From: Balanoglossus misakiensis
Taxonomy: Eukaryota > Animalia > Hemichordata
Reading direction: 5' to 3'
Length of the DNA: 64,000 nt
Assembly (NCBI GenBank): GCA_040954595.2
Contig: CM082579.2
Location: 12,773,834 to 12,837,833, forward strand
Position numbers and translations under genes: made by a program. The notes beneath the pieces were generated by a model that saw nothing but the letters and a program-made list of their open reading frames with translations, was not told the origin of the DNA and made no database searches. This document shows, in pieces, positions 26,801 through 39,400 of the stretch. The stretch's first letter is position 1. Each line of letters opens with the position of its first letter.

Positions 26801-29800
26801 TGGGTAGTCGTGCATTGAACTCTTGAATTTTTAATTAGTCACGTGACATGGCGGCCATATTGGATTTTCTGAAAAAATGCAAATCTCAGATCTCAGAAAC
26901 TACAGATCAGATTTACTTCACATTTGGTGTGCTGGTAGGGTACCTTCTGCACATCATTTATGTAATTGGATATTTTGCTGTCAATGTTGCAGTTTTTTTG
27001 CTACAGTTGTTTTTCTGAAATCTGGTCAAAATTTCAAAAATCTTCTTCTCCAGAACCGACGATAACCGAGTCACGCGGTTTGGGGTATTTGGTCACCAAA
27101 TTGAGGTCTATCAAGTTTGCGAAGATCATTGTGATTGGTCGAAGATTATGGCGGCCATATTGGATTTTTGAAAAACCCTTGTAAAATTTCAAAAATCTTC
27201 TTCTCAAGAACCGGCGATAACCGAGTCACAAGATTTGGTGTGTGTGGTCATTAAACAGCTGTCTATCAAGTTTGCGAAGAGGAATGTGATTGGTCAAAGA
27301 TTATGGCGGCCATATTGGATTTTGTGAAAAACGATTAAAAAGTAAAAATTCCCTTTCTAGCCTAAAAATTGATAGCACAAAAATTCTTTTTATGGATATG
27401 AATCATCATATGACAAGAATAAGCTATACATTTTTTGGTAATTTTGGCAATGACCTTTGACCTACTTTTGACTCATCATTTTTCTGCATATCTAATTCCA
27501 GGCTAACCAATAGGGCTATAAGTTTGGTTTTTGATGTATGTGGATTTGTATGTGATCAAAAAATGTTGCTACTTTTCATGACCCCTTTGACCTCTGCTGA
27601 CCTCATTAAATATGCACATACCTAATTAAAGGTGAACCAATAGACCTAGAGGTTTTGTTTTTGTTATACATGGACCAGTATGGTGTCAAAATATTTTGCC
27701 CAAATGTTGGGTGACCTCGGGTGACCTTTGACCTACTTTTGCATATCTTGACATCCACAGCAGATACAGCCTTCGCGTTTGGAGGTATGGGGCCATAATG
27801 AAAAGCCAAAGTTTTGGGTCACCTGTGACACCTGCTTAACTCATTATTTATGTGCATACCTAATTCCGGGCTAACCAAAAGAGCTAGAGGTCTGGTTTTT
27901 GTTGGACATGGACCACTATGGGTCAAAATTTTCTGCCCAAATTGTGGGTGACATCTGGGTGACCTTTGACCTACTTATATCAGCACCAAACATAGATATA
28001 ACCTTGATATTTCATGGGATAAAACACAGCATTATGTTTCTACTCATTAATTATGTGCATATCTAATAATCAGATCAGATAATAGAGCTTGGGCCCGGAC
28101 AATGCTGCTTGCAGCTTTAATTCTGTCTTTCTTTCTTCTTTCTTTATTCTTCTGTCATTTCTTTGTCGCTCTAGATCTCAGACACCACTGCAGGTACAGT
28201 TCTCAAACTTGCTACAGTGGTCAAGGTCAATGAGTAGTCGTGCATTGAACCCATGAATTTTTAATTAGTCACATGACCTGGCGGCCATCTTGGATTTTCT
28301 GAAAAAATGCAAATCTCAGATCTCAGAAACTACAAGTCAGATCGACTTCAAATTTGGCGTGCAGGTAGACTACCTTCTGGCAAACATTTTTGTAATTGGA
28401 AATTATGCTGTCAATGTTGCAGTTTTTTTGCTACAGTTGTTTTTCTGAAATCTGGTCAAAATTTCAAAAATCTTCTTCTCCAGAACCGGCGATAACCAAG
28501 TCACGCGGTTTGGGGTATGTGGTCACCAAACTGAGGTCTATCAAGTTTGCGAAGATCATTGTGATTGGTCGAAGATTTTGGCGGCCATATTGGATTTTCG
28601 AAAAACCCTAGTAAAATTTCAAAAATCTTCTTCTCAAGAACCGGCGATAACTGAGTCACAAGATTTGGTGTGTGTGGTCATTAAACAGATGTCTATCAAG
28701 TTTGCGAAGATGAATGTGATTGGTCGAAGATTATGGCGGCCATATTGGATTTTGTGAAAAACGATTAAAAAGTAAAAATTCCCTTTCTAGCCTAAAAATT
28801 GATAGCACAGAAATTCTTTTTATGGATATGAATCATCATATGCCAAGAATAAGCTATAAATATTTTGGTAATTTTGGCAATGACCTTTGACCTACTTTTG
28901 ACGCATCATTTTTCTGCATATCTAATTCCAGGCTAACCAATAGGGCTATAAGTTTGGTTTTTGATGTATGTGGATTTGTATGCGATCAAAAAATTTCGCT
29001 ACTTTTCATGACCCCTTTGACCTCTGCTGACCTCATTAAATATGTGCATACCTAATTACAGATGAACCAATAGACCTAGAGGTTTGGTTTTTGTTGGACA
29101 TGAACCAGTATTGGGTCAAATTTTTTGCCCAAATGTTGGGTGACCTCGGATGACCTTTGACCTACTTTTGCATATCTCGACATCCACAGCAGATACAGCC
29201 TTGGCGTTTGGAGGTATGGGGCCATAATGAAAAGCCAAAGTTTTGGGTCACCTGTGACACCTGCTTAACTCATTATTTATGTGCATACCTAATTCCGGGC
29301 TAACCAAAAGGGATAGAGGTCTGGTTTTTGTTGGACATGGACCACTATGGGTCAAAATTTTCTGCCCAAATTGTGGGTGACCTCTGGGTGACCTTTGACC
29401 TACTTAACACTATATCAACACCAAACATAGATATAACCTTGATATTTCATGGGATAAAACACAGCATTATGTTTCTACTCATTAATTATGTGCATATCTA
29501 ATAATCTGATCAGATAATACAGCTTGGGCCCGGACAATGCTGCTTGCAGCTTTAATTCTTTCTTTCTTTCTTTCTTTATTCTTGTGTCAATTCTTCGGCC
29601 AACTAAATCTCAGAAACTACTGCAGGTACACTGCTCAAACTTGCCACAGTGGTCAAGGTCAATGAGTAGATGTGCAGTGATTTGTGAATAATTAATTAGT
29701 CACGTGACCTGGCGGCCATATTGGATTTTCTGAAAAATTGCAAATCTCAGATCTCAGAAACTACAAGTCAGATCGACTTCAAATTTGGTGTGCAGGTAGA

Positions 29801-30986
29801 CTACCTTCTACCCATCATTTTTGTAATTGGATATTTTGCTGTCAATGTTGCAGTTTTTTTGCTACAATTTTTTTTCTGAAATCTGGCTTAAATTTCAAAA
29901 ATCTTCTTCTCCAGAACCGGTGATAACCGAGTCACGGGGTTTGGGGTATGTGGTCACCTGACTGATGTCTATCAAGTTTGCGAAGATCATTGTGATTGGT
30001 CGAAGATTATGGCGGCCATATTGGATTTTCGAAAAAGCATAGTTAAACTCAAAAAATCTTCTTCTCCAGAACGGGCGATGACTGAGTCGCAAGATTCGGG
30101 GAGTATGGTCACTACACTGATGTCTATCAAGTTTGCAAAGAGCATCGTGATTGGTCGAAGATTATGGCGGCCATATTGGATTTTGAAAAAAGCAGTAAAA
30201 AATTGAAATTCCTTTTTCTAGTCTAAAAATTGATAGCATACAAATTCTTTTTATGGATATCAATCGTCATGTGACTAAAATATGTTACAATTTTTTGGCG
30301 ATTTTTCACATGACCTTTGACCTACTTATCACGCGTTATTATTTCTGCATATCTAATTCCAGGCTAACCTATAGGGCTAGACGTTTGGTTTTTGATGAAT
30401 GTGGATTAGTGTGTGATCAAAATATTTTGCTACTTTTCATGACCCCTTTGACCTCTGCTGACCTCATTAATTATGTGCATAGCTAATTACAGGCGAACCG
30501 ATAGAGCTAGAGGTTTGGTTTTTGTTGGACATGGACCAGTATGGGATCAAAATTTTTTGCCCAAATGTTGGGTGACCTCTGGCGACCTTTGACCTACTTT
30601 CGCATATCTCAGCATCCAGAGCAGATACAGCCATGGCATTTGGTACGATGGGACCAAAATGTAAAGCCACATTTTTGGGTCACCTGTGACACCTGCTGAC
30701 CTCATTAAATATGCACATACCTAATTACAGGCGAACCAATAGAGCTATAATTTTGGTTTTTGTTGGACATGGACCAGTATGGGTCAAAAAAATTTGCCCA
30801 AATGTTAGGTGACCTCAGGTGACCTTTGACCTACTTCACCCTATTTCAGCAGCAAACATACACACGTCCTTGTTTTGTCATGAGATAATACATCCGATAG
30901 AAAATTCTGTTTCTTCTCATTCATACTGTGCATATATAATTCGAGATCAGCGCTTGGGCCCGACAATGCTGCTCGCAGCTTTAATT
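17820..30986 (+). mobile_element. Array of 9 non-autonomous Helentron-like elements (HINE/DINE-1 architecture), about 1.1-1.6 kb each, in a transposase intron
   Basis: 5' hairpin agggcccaagc..gcttgggccct, (cttt)n microsatellite and internal 120-bp repeats. The 3' end has subterminal gcttgggccc plus hairpin gctgctYgcagc-tttaatt. Insertions are in T-rich sites with no TSD. Heads at 17820, 17893, 19375, 19426, 19480, 22569, 22630, 26647. 3' ends at 19374, 21116, 22556, 24114, 25225, 26646, 28122, 29557, 30986. Confidence 0.85.
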
Positions 30987-33900
30987 TAAATTGTAACCTC
31001 CTTTTTGTGACAACAAAATGATGAACCATTGTGTATGTACTCTCTTTAGTGCTGGGGCTAGAAAAGGAAGAGGAAAGAAAAAAAGAGTGTCCTGTCCCAA
31101 TCTTTTGTGAACCCTTTTGAGTAAGTCCCATTTCAGTATTTTTAGTAATTTTACGAAAAGAAAAAAAATATGTTGACAGCATACATTGCATGCTTTTCCA
31201 ACCCTTTCAACAGATGTTACCGTACTTCATGATATGTGTACTTAACTCAACATGATTATGTTTGTAATCTCATGATAATTGTACATGATAATTATAACAT
31301 TGGAAGTCTGTAGGCTTGCAAACACATATTACAAGGAAACTGAGTGCTCATTTTCAAGCCGTGTTATAGTTACTGTGACACTCACGGCAATTTATAATTA
31401 ATGGTATAATGTTTTTTTTTTCAATTCTAGTGTGAGTATAGATGTGACAGAAGTAAAAGATGATGATTATGATCATAATTATCTAGCAGACTTTGATGAG
31501 GATGGTGATCCAGATTATGACCAAGTTTTCATATAACAATGCAGTAAGTGAAACAGCTTGTTGATTTTAAAGTTGTAGCCAGGCTTGTATCAGGGGTGTA
31601 TGTTATTACGCCTATGTATATTTTACCTGACCATGGTTCTTCTCTTCATTCTTTAAAGAGAAAGTGCACTTATATGTTTGCTGTTATCAACATAATGGTA
31701 AAAAATCCGTACATTCGTTAAATATAAAATGGTAATTTTCTTTCCATATGACATTTTTAAAATCTAATATTTGGTATGTTAATCCATCACACAGACCCTG
31801 TGGAGTAAATCTAGATGACTTTGCATCTGACAATTCTGATTTTCCTGAAGACAGTGGTGATGAGGATGAGGATTCTGCAGATGTACAGGAACCCAAGGGG
31901 CGGGGTGTAACAAGTGTGGCGAGTAAGGAAGATGTTACACAGCTTCTTGAAGACGACTTGTATTTAACAAGTCTAGGTCAGCTGCTTCTGCTTGCCAAAA
32001 CCAACCCAAAGGCAACATGCAGTAACACAGATTGTAAAGGAACGCTGACCTTTTCAACAAGAAGTATAGGGTCAGCACTGTATCTGTCATGGGTATGTAC
32101 TGGTTGTTAGTCGATATATCTTTGACCATAAATCAGTGTTCTTTCATGTAATGACATTTTCCCCAAATACCTAGAGGAAAACAGAAGTTAAGTTTATTGC
32201 TGACTTTCTCTCATGACAGAAGTGTTCTTCTCAACCAAGCTATGTACACAGTGCTCTATAAATACATTTTATCCTAACAAAATCACAGCCATTGTTATTT
32301 ACCCATGGATCAGAGACTGATCCAGACCTGTAACATGCATATCCTGTGATCTTTTGATGTTTGTCTTTTGTGTGACTGACCTGTGCCCTTTGTCAGACCC
32401 CAAGTCGAAGCAAAATATTTTATGGCAATGTATAATGATGAATGTATAAAAGACCGATAACATCAAAACACATCTTCATATGTTTTAGGTCTGCCCTTCT
32501 GGACATATAGAATATAAATGGTGTTCACTGCCTGTTCTTAACAATCGGCTGAACAGTGGAGACCTGCTAACATCAGCTGCTATACTGATGTCTGTGAACA
32601 ATTACAGCAAAATCGCTTTATTTGCCAAGATGCTGAGGCTGAAGATGGTTTGCAGTTTTACGTACTTCAAAATACAACAACACTATCTGGTTCCATGTGT
32701 GGATGAGTTTTGGCTTAAGAGTCAACGGGAACTACTTTGCAAGTACCAAGATAAGGACATTGTCATCCTTGGTAAGTAGCAGCACTACCAAAGTATCTCT
32801 TGCACGTATCTACAGAGTGCAGTGACTCTATGTGTCGTGGCAAGGATGAGCTATGGGAATAAAAAACTCCATACCTTTGATATTCACAGTTTTTGTACAT
32901 GTATTTACAAATTTACAAGGTGACGGCAGAATGGACTCTCCTGGTTTCTGCGCCCAGTACTGTACATATACAATTATGGAAAATGATTCCAAGGACATTT
33001 TGGAGATGATCACGATGGACAAGCGACAGACTGATAAAAAATCTACCATCATGGAAAAAGCATCGTTTCAAGAAGGGCTAAACAATCTCCTTGATTATGG
33101 ACTGCAGATAACGGAAGCAGTAACAGATGCACATTCACAAATTGGATGTCTGATGAGTAAGTTTGACAAAGTGTTTCTTTTGAACTATATGTGTTAATAT
33201 GCAACATCCTACAGTCATTTAAAATCAAAGGCCCAGGCAAAAGTAACTTACTGGGGCTGTAAATTTCTCCTTTTTGTAGAGAATAGATACCCCAATATCA
33301 AGCATTCATTTGATGTATGGCATGTAGCCAAGAATCTTGGTAAAAGAATACTCAAGGTGAGTGTTTGTTCCATAGACATGTAAATTTTCAACAATAGTGA
33401 TTCATCAAATGGGTGAAATTAGCTGTACTCATTCGAGTGAGTTGCTGTGCATGCAAGCAAACTATCTCTGAAACTCAAATAATGTTTTGGGCCTGTTAGC
33501 CCTTGAAACAGAGAATGATTGTATACAACACTCATATTTTAGTACACAGGAACTGGTATCAATGATTGAAGGCCTATCTGTATTTTTTTCTTTACCTTCT
33601 TTCAAGGCCGGTCAAAATAAAAATTGCAAACCCCTTTGAAGCTGGAGCAGGCATATTGTAAACCATTTTTGGTATTGTTGCCAAAAGGCTTCAACGTATG
33701 AACAGTTTCTGGTAAGTTAAAAATTTTGAGTTGTCATTTCCACTACTTGACAGAAAATCAGAGCTAGCATTCTGTTGTTAGGGACATGTTAGGGCAAGCA
33801 AAACAACAATGTTCAGACAGTGTTGGTGTAGTAACATGCTCTTCTGGAACTTTTTTTTTTGGGGGGGGGGGATTCATAGTCGATTCTATTTTCCTATCAC

Positions 33901-35704
33901 CTGACGGATTCTGGCGAATCACGACACAGTATTAGCATGAGGTATATTATAATATATGACTACAGTATGATTTTGTCATTCTTACACCTATTACAGTATA
34001 TATCGTGTGTTACCAGGTAACCTATGTTGAGCTATGACTGTATGACACTTGTCTTTGTTATGCTTTAACCACAGGGACTCTGGTATGGTGTGATTCATCA
34101 TGTTATAAATGAAAACACCTGGGCGTTATCATATGGGCATGGTACAAATTCATGTGACCACGGACCACTGTCGGAGACTGCAGACACTGACAAGGAGTGG
34201 CTGAAAAGTAGAAGCCCAGCTCATATGGCTTTGATGAAGATAGTTATGGACAAGAGATTCACCAATCAAATAAGCTACTTCTTAACTTTCAGGTAAGACA
34301 TCTTGTTGATAACCTATTAATTGTAAATACAGTAGTCTTTGTAAAGGCTTGCTACTGTTTGTAAATGGTGTGAATTGAAAGTTGTACTACTAGCACACAG
34401 AAGATAAATTTGACAATATGACAGTTTTTGGAACATTAGATAGATTTTCCCCAATGTTCTAACTTAAATGCCCTTTTACTAACAATTTTAATGGTCTGGG
34501 TTTTGCAGATGTACAGCTGAACTGGAAACCTTCCAGCAGAGTATATTGATGTATGCATCAAAGAGAAATTCATATATACCACCAGTATACAGAGCACGTA
34601 ATCGCTTAGCAGCATTGGATCACAATATGCACCACAACAGGGAGATTATGAGAAACAAAAATGGTGAAATTGTGTAAGTAAATGTTTGAAGATTACACTG
34701 GTAGCTGTATAGTTATACAAATAATGTTGCTGAACATTTTTACAACATAAATTTTTCACGATGATGACCTCTGTACCACATTACATCGCTGACTTGTTGG
34801 TGATGTTCGGGCTGGCATCATGAAATTAGTGCTAGTTCAATGGCAGGTATAAACTCAGTCCCTAATTCAGCAACTTAGAGGGTAATATTGCACAGCTTTT
34901 AAGGGTTCTATTTTAGAACAGATTAAAAAATTTCAACGCGTTCGGTTTTTAAAAGGTTACGTGCTCATGAATAAGTACAACACAACTTTTCAATAATTCC
35001 GTTTGTACTGCCCAATCAGTTAATGACAAACTGCCTTAGGCGGATTTTTTTTAGTGCAAGATTTGTTTCTTTCGGAGTTAAATTAGAACTAACACTATTA
35101 CATTCTCATCCACTTAGCTTTCACAGGCACTACAACAAGAAGAGCGGATGGTGGAGTGTCTTCCCTGACAAAGTAAACAAGACATACCCACACATCCCCC
35201 AACTGAAGAAACTCATCGCAGAGAAACGCTTGGCTGACCAGGAAGGAATGCAGAGGAAGAAAGAGTTGGAGCCACAAGACCCACGTAGACTGTCAGCACA
35301 CCTTGCAAGTCTGCCCCCACCACCTACAGCTTCCATTGTCCAAGAGTATGTCTCGCGTCGACTCTAAACTACAGCATTGTTTGATAATTATGAAAAGCTG
35401 TTCCTGTTTTTTGACTGCAAGACTGAAAATTCAGTGAAACAATTTATGGTCTTTACCATTTATTCACTGTTAAGTCAAATTTTAGTCATGAACTTGACTG
35501 GCATGGCAAGTGTTGCACAACGTTTAGACCACATGTTGGCCATTGTAGTTGATTCATTTTGGTGAGATTTTTACTCTCGTATTCAACAAACAGGATGGAA
35601 ATGGTGTGTGATCGAACATTGATTCACATTATATCCACATGTGTAGAATATCATGAACGGTGTCCTGTATCAAACATAATTAATGGAAAAAGGGCAGCGA
35701 GAGA

Positions 35705-35724
35705 GAGAGACTTCGTCCCTTTAA
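35705..35724 (+). other. Candidate right terminus of the Kolobok element
   Basis: cttcgtccct|TTAA about 350 bp after the stop codon fits the Kolobok YY|TTAA pattern. I did not find a matching left end. Confidence 0.45.
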
Positions 35725-36443
35725 GTGGATTGAAAACCATATTGGTGCATTCCATTGTTGGTAGTTGTACGGCGTACACTTTGAGAAAGGGTTCAGGGAG
35801 TGGAGAGGGACGAATGGCCGGGAAGTGAGACTCGATGCGTGAGTTGTGGTTACCAAATTCAAGTCTGTTTATTGTACATTTAGTCAAGCTATATATACGT
35901 GTCGGTGAACTTTGGCATTTGTTCACACCTGGTACAAAAGGTTTGGTGACCGGCGTCACACAGGTAGCAAATAAAGAGATTACATGTCTGATGAACGAAT
36001 TACATGTCTGACAGACAAATCGTGGGCGGAGTCTATAATATGCCGTGTGTGGTCTCCGACATCCTCCCGCCCGCAAGAAATTACAGATAAACTATGAATA
36101 AACATCAAAAAGGAAGTGCGAAAAACTTCTTAATCTCATAAACAAGACATTTATGCACTTGCAAAAACGATATGTAATACTCTTCGTTAATCTCAGACTT
36201 CAATTAACTAAGGAATAACCTGTTATAACAGGTGATAAATCTCGAAATTAGAAAAGACGTCAGGAAACTTAATTAACCTAGGCAACAAGTGAAACAAAGC
36301 TCGCAATACAATGAAATGCTCTCAATACAATGAAATTTCAACAAAAAATTGAATGCACAAATAATGCTACAAGGAAAGATCTCTCATTGTTTAAATATCA
36401 CACATGAATCGTGTAACAATGTCAGTACACTGAAATTGCATTA

Positions 36444-39400
36444 TTAAAGAACAGAGGAAAGTTCTCTTATGCGTTGTCGGGCTCTTATACCCGCTACACG
36501 TACTGGTCGTGTGGTGTCCACATTGTTGTACTCAGTACGTGTATTTCCAATGTCTACGTGGTTTAGATTGTCCTCTGACTCAAGATTGATCTCTAAAGGG
36601 TACAGTTTTGTAATAGGTCTGTTAGTCTTGCCAGTTCGCGTTCTTATGCAAGCAGAACGTGCTAAACCATCGTTACCTATCTCAAGCCTCTCTACTAGGG
36701 CAAGTGACCATTTTATTCGTGGCAGAGATTTATTTTCGACCAGAACGACATCACCCACCCGAATTTGATTTTGTAGGACCCCCTTCCCAGAGATTTTGTC
36801 CTGTTCACGTAATGCATTCAAATACTCTTGGGACCATCTCCTCCAGAAGTGACAGTGAATTTTGGCTAGATATTCGGCTCTTCTTTGAAGATTCTCATGA
36901 TTGCCGAAAGTTGGGTCATTTAGCTCGCTATCATCAACGGTGTAGTATGGCAATGTAGTGATAGGATGCCATACAATAAGTGCGAAGGGGTCAAGGGTGG
37001 TAGATCGTTGGAATCCGAAGAAAGATAAGTGAGGGGACGATCGTTTAGGGTAGCCTCGATTTCGGTGAGGACCGTCTGTAGTTCATCAACAGACACGAAG
37101 CGACGACCTAGAACTTTTCTGAGAGATGTTTTAGTGAGGCCGATCAATCTCTCCCAAAAGCCTCCAAACCAACGAGCCCGTTTTGGTATAAACACCATTC
37201 TACGCGGCAATTCGCAAAGTGGTTTTGTACGGCATCCGACCTTAACAGTTTTCCTATCTCTTCCGACGCAGATAAGTACGTAGACCTGTTGTCCGACATG
37301 ATTTTACGTGGTAACGAGCGCCTGGCTGCGAACCGTCTAAAGGCACGTAAGAACGTTTCGGCAGTCAAATCGGTCACTAGCTCTAAGTGGATTGCACGAG
37401 TCACAGCGCAAGTGAATAAACAAATGTATGCCTTTTGTTCGGACTTTCCGGTTGAGACATACACGGCACCGGTGAAATCTACGCCAGTGGTCGTAAAGGG
37501 AGGAGCTTCGCATAATCTACAGCTCTGTAAAGGTGCAGGGATTGGTTTTCTGTATGGCTTCCCACACACCAATTTACAGACAACACATTTTTTCAGTATT
37601 GAACGAACGAAAGGTCGAATTTGGGGGATCCAAAACCTTTGGCGAATGAGCGTGGTCGTTGTCTGTGATCCAGAATGTTTCGCTCGCGAGTGGATGGCCA
37701 CTACCATGAGTGTTGTGAAGTAGCTCGTTCGTGGTAGTAGGAGTGGAAATTTCGCTTCACAAGTTATTGGCGCATTATGAAGCCTGCCGCCAACACGAAT
37801 GAAACCTTCTTCATCGAGAAATAGTCGAAGTTGGCGAGTTAATTGGCCCGCTGAATTTTGTTTTGTTGTCAGGGCCCTTATCTCTGTCGGGTACGCGCGA
37901 TTCTGAACATCGTGTACCCATAGTTTTTCCGCGGCGTTAATTTCGCGTGCGCTCAAGGTGTCGACGGGGCGATCTTGTTTCTTTACTTTCAAGTTGTGAA
38001 CGAATCGTAACACGTATGCGCTTACGCGTAGTAGCCTTGACAACGTGCTGTAATCAGATGCGTTTATGATGTCTGCGATACCAACATATGTGGTGGGTTG
38101 TTGAGGTGTACCTATGTCAACCTCAGGCGGAGACATTTCATCGGCGATGTGTAATACCTGACTATCAAACACTTCACAGATTGGCCAATCGCCGTGTTTC
38201 AGCCATTGTGGACCGTGCCACCACAACTCGTTGTTGGTCAGGTGTGATGTTGAGATTCCGCGTGATAACAGATCAGCCGGATTATCTGTTGTAGGACAAT
38301 ACTTGTAATCATTCAAGATTTCATTTGCTTTGATTTCAGCGACTCTATTGTTTACAAAGCAGGGCAGTGTTTTGTTGCCTTGTAACCAATGTAGAACGAT
38401 CTGACTATCTGACCACAGGATACACTTGTCAATCCTGACTTGTTGGCTGAGACTAGAATGAACAAATTTCACGAGTCGTGATCCTAACAAGGCTCCCATC
38501 AATTCGGCACGCGGTATTGTCATTGATTTGACGGGAGTCACTTTACTCTTAGACATTACGAGCGCGGTTTCGGCCGAAGTTCGGTGACGTAAATAAACTG
38601 CAGCGCCGTAAGCTTTCTTGCTAGCGTCGGAAAATACGTGTAATACAAACGCGTCGTCACCAGTGTTTAGATTGAGAATCCGGCGCGGAATTTGAACTTG
38701 GGTGACGGCTTGCAATTCGCGATATATTCCAACCCATTCGTTACGAAGATCAGTTGATAGAGGTTCATCCCAATGAAGTTTTTCTTTCCATAATTTCTGA
38801 ACGAAAATTTTCGCGTTGATATGCACGGGTGTAATGAATCCTAGGGGATCGTACAAACTAGCTGTCGCGCTTACGACCTCCCGCTTAGTCACAAGTGGGT
38901 CGTTACCTGTTGAATGGTTCGCGACCTTATTTGGGTACCCGAGTAAATCAGAATCTGTATCCCAGCGAAGACCGAGAACGTTGGCGATACTATCGGAGCA
39001 AGCTATATTCGCGTTCGTGACAATTTCTTTCAATTCTGTGGAATTGGTCGCCCATTCTCGAAGGTTGAAGCCGCTCGATTTCATGAGATTCACGGTTTCG
39101 GTGTGATAACCAACGAGCTCCATTTCTGAGTCACGGCCACTCAGAACATTATCAACGTAGATATTTCTACTCAAATCAGTGGCTGTTTCGGAGCCGTCAC
39201 TTTCTAAGTGGAACTTAACGGTTGCGTTCAGAATGAAACCGAATGCCGCGACGAAGAGAACAACTTTGAAGCGGTAAACAGCGAACGGACTGTTTGGATC
39301 TCGCAGGTCGGACAGCCACATGAATTTGGTGAAATCGCGGTCGGACTCGTGAAGACCTACTTGTAAAAAAGCTTTCTCGATGTCCGCGGAAACGCCAAAT

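Larger units (their letters stand above)
6981..35367 (+). pseudogene. Kolobok-type DDE transposase, about 14 exons (6981-7171, 7550-7696, 8026-8046+17353-17439, ~17710-17791, 31050-31120, 31431-31543, 31795-32092, 32489-32771, 32920-33156, 33280-33356, 33607-33711, 34075-34292, 34509-34673, 35118-35367)
   Basis: Spliced product has C..C..CPSGH..W.S, GDGRMDSPGFCAQYCTY, VTDAH, HSFDVWH, IVNHFWYCC, TAELETF, YASKR and LAALDHN. It is inactivated by the BEL insertion in exon 3, a TGA at 33637 and small indels near 31118 and 31520. Confidence 0.8.

Noticed and set aside
17878-30670. Recurrent 60-100 aa ORFs (MQISDLRNYK.., MALHFGP.., MAFHYGP..)
   Set aside because: They are by-products of the repeated non-coding HINE unit. 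I saw no domain motifs, and stops and starts vary between copies.
35368-35720. Possible KolX-type accessory ORF downstream of the transposase
   Set aside because: I could not recognise any Cys-rich ORF or exon in this interval.
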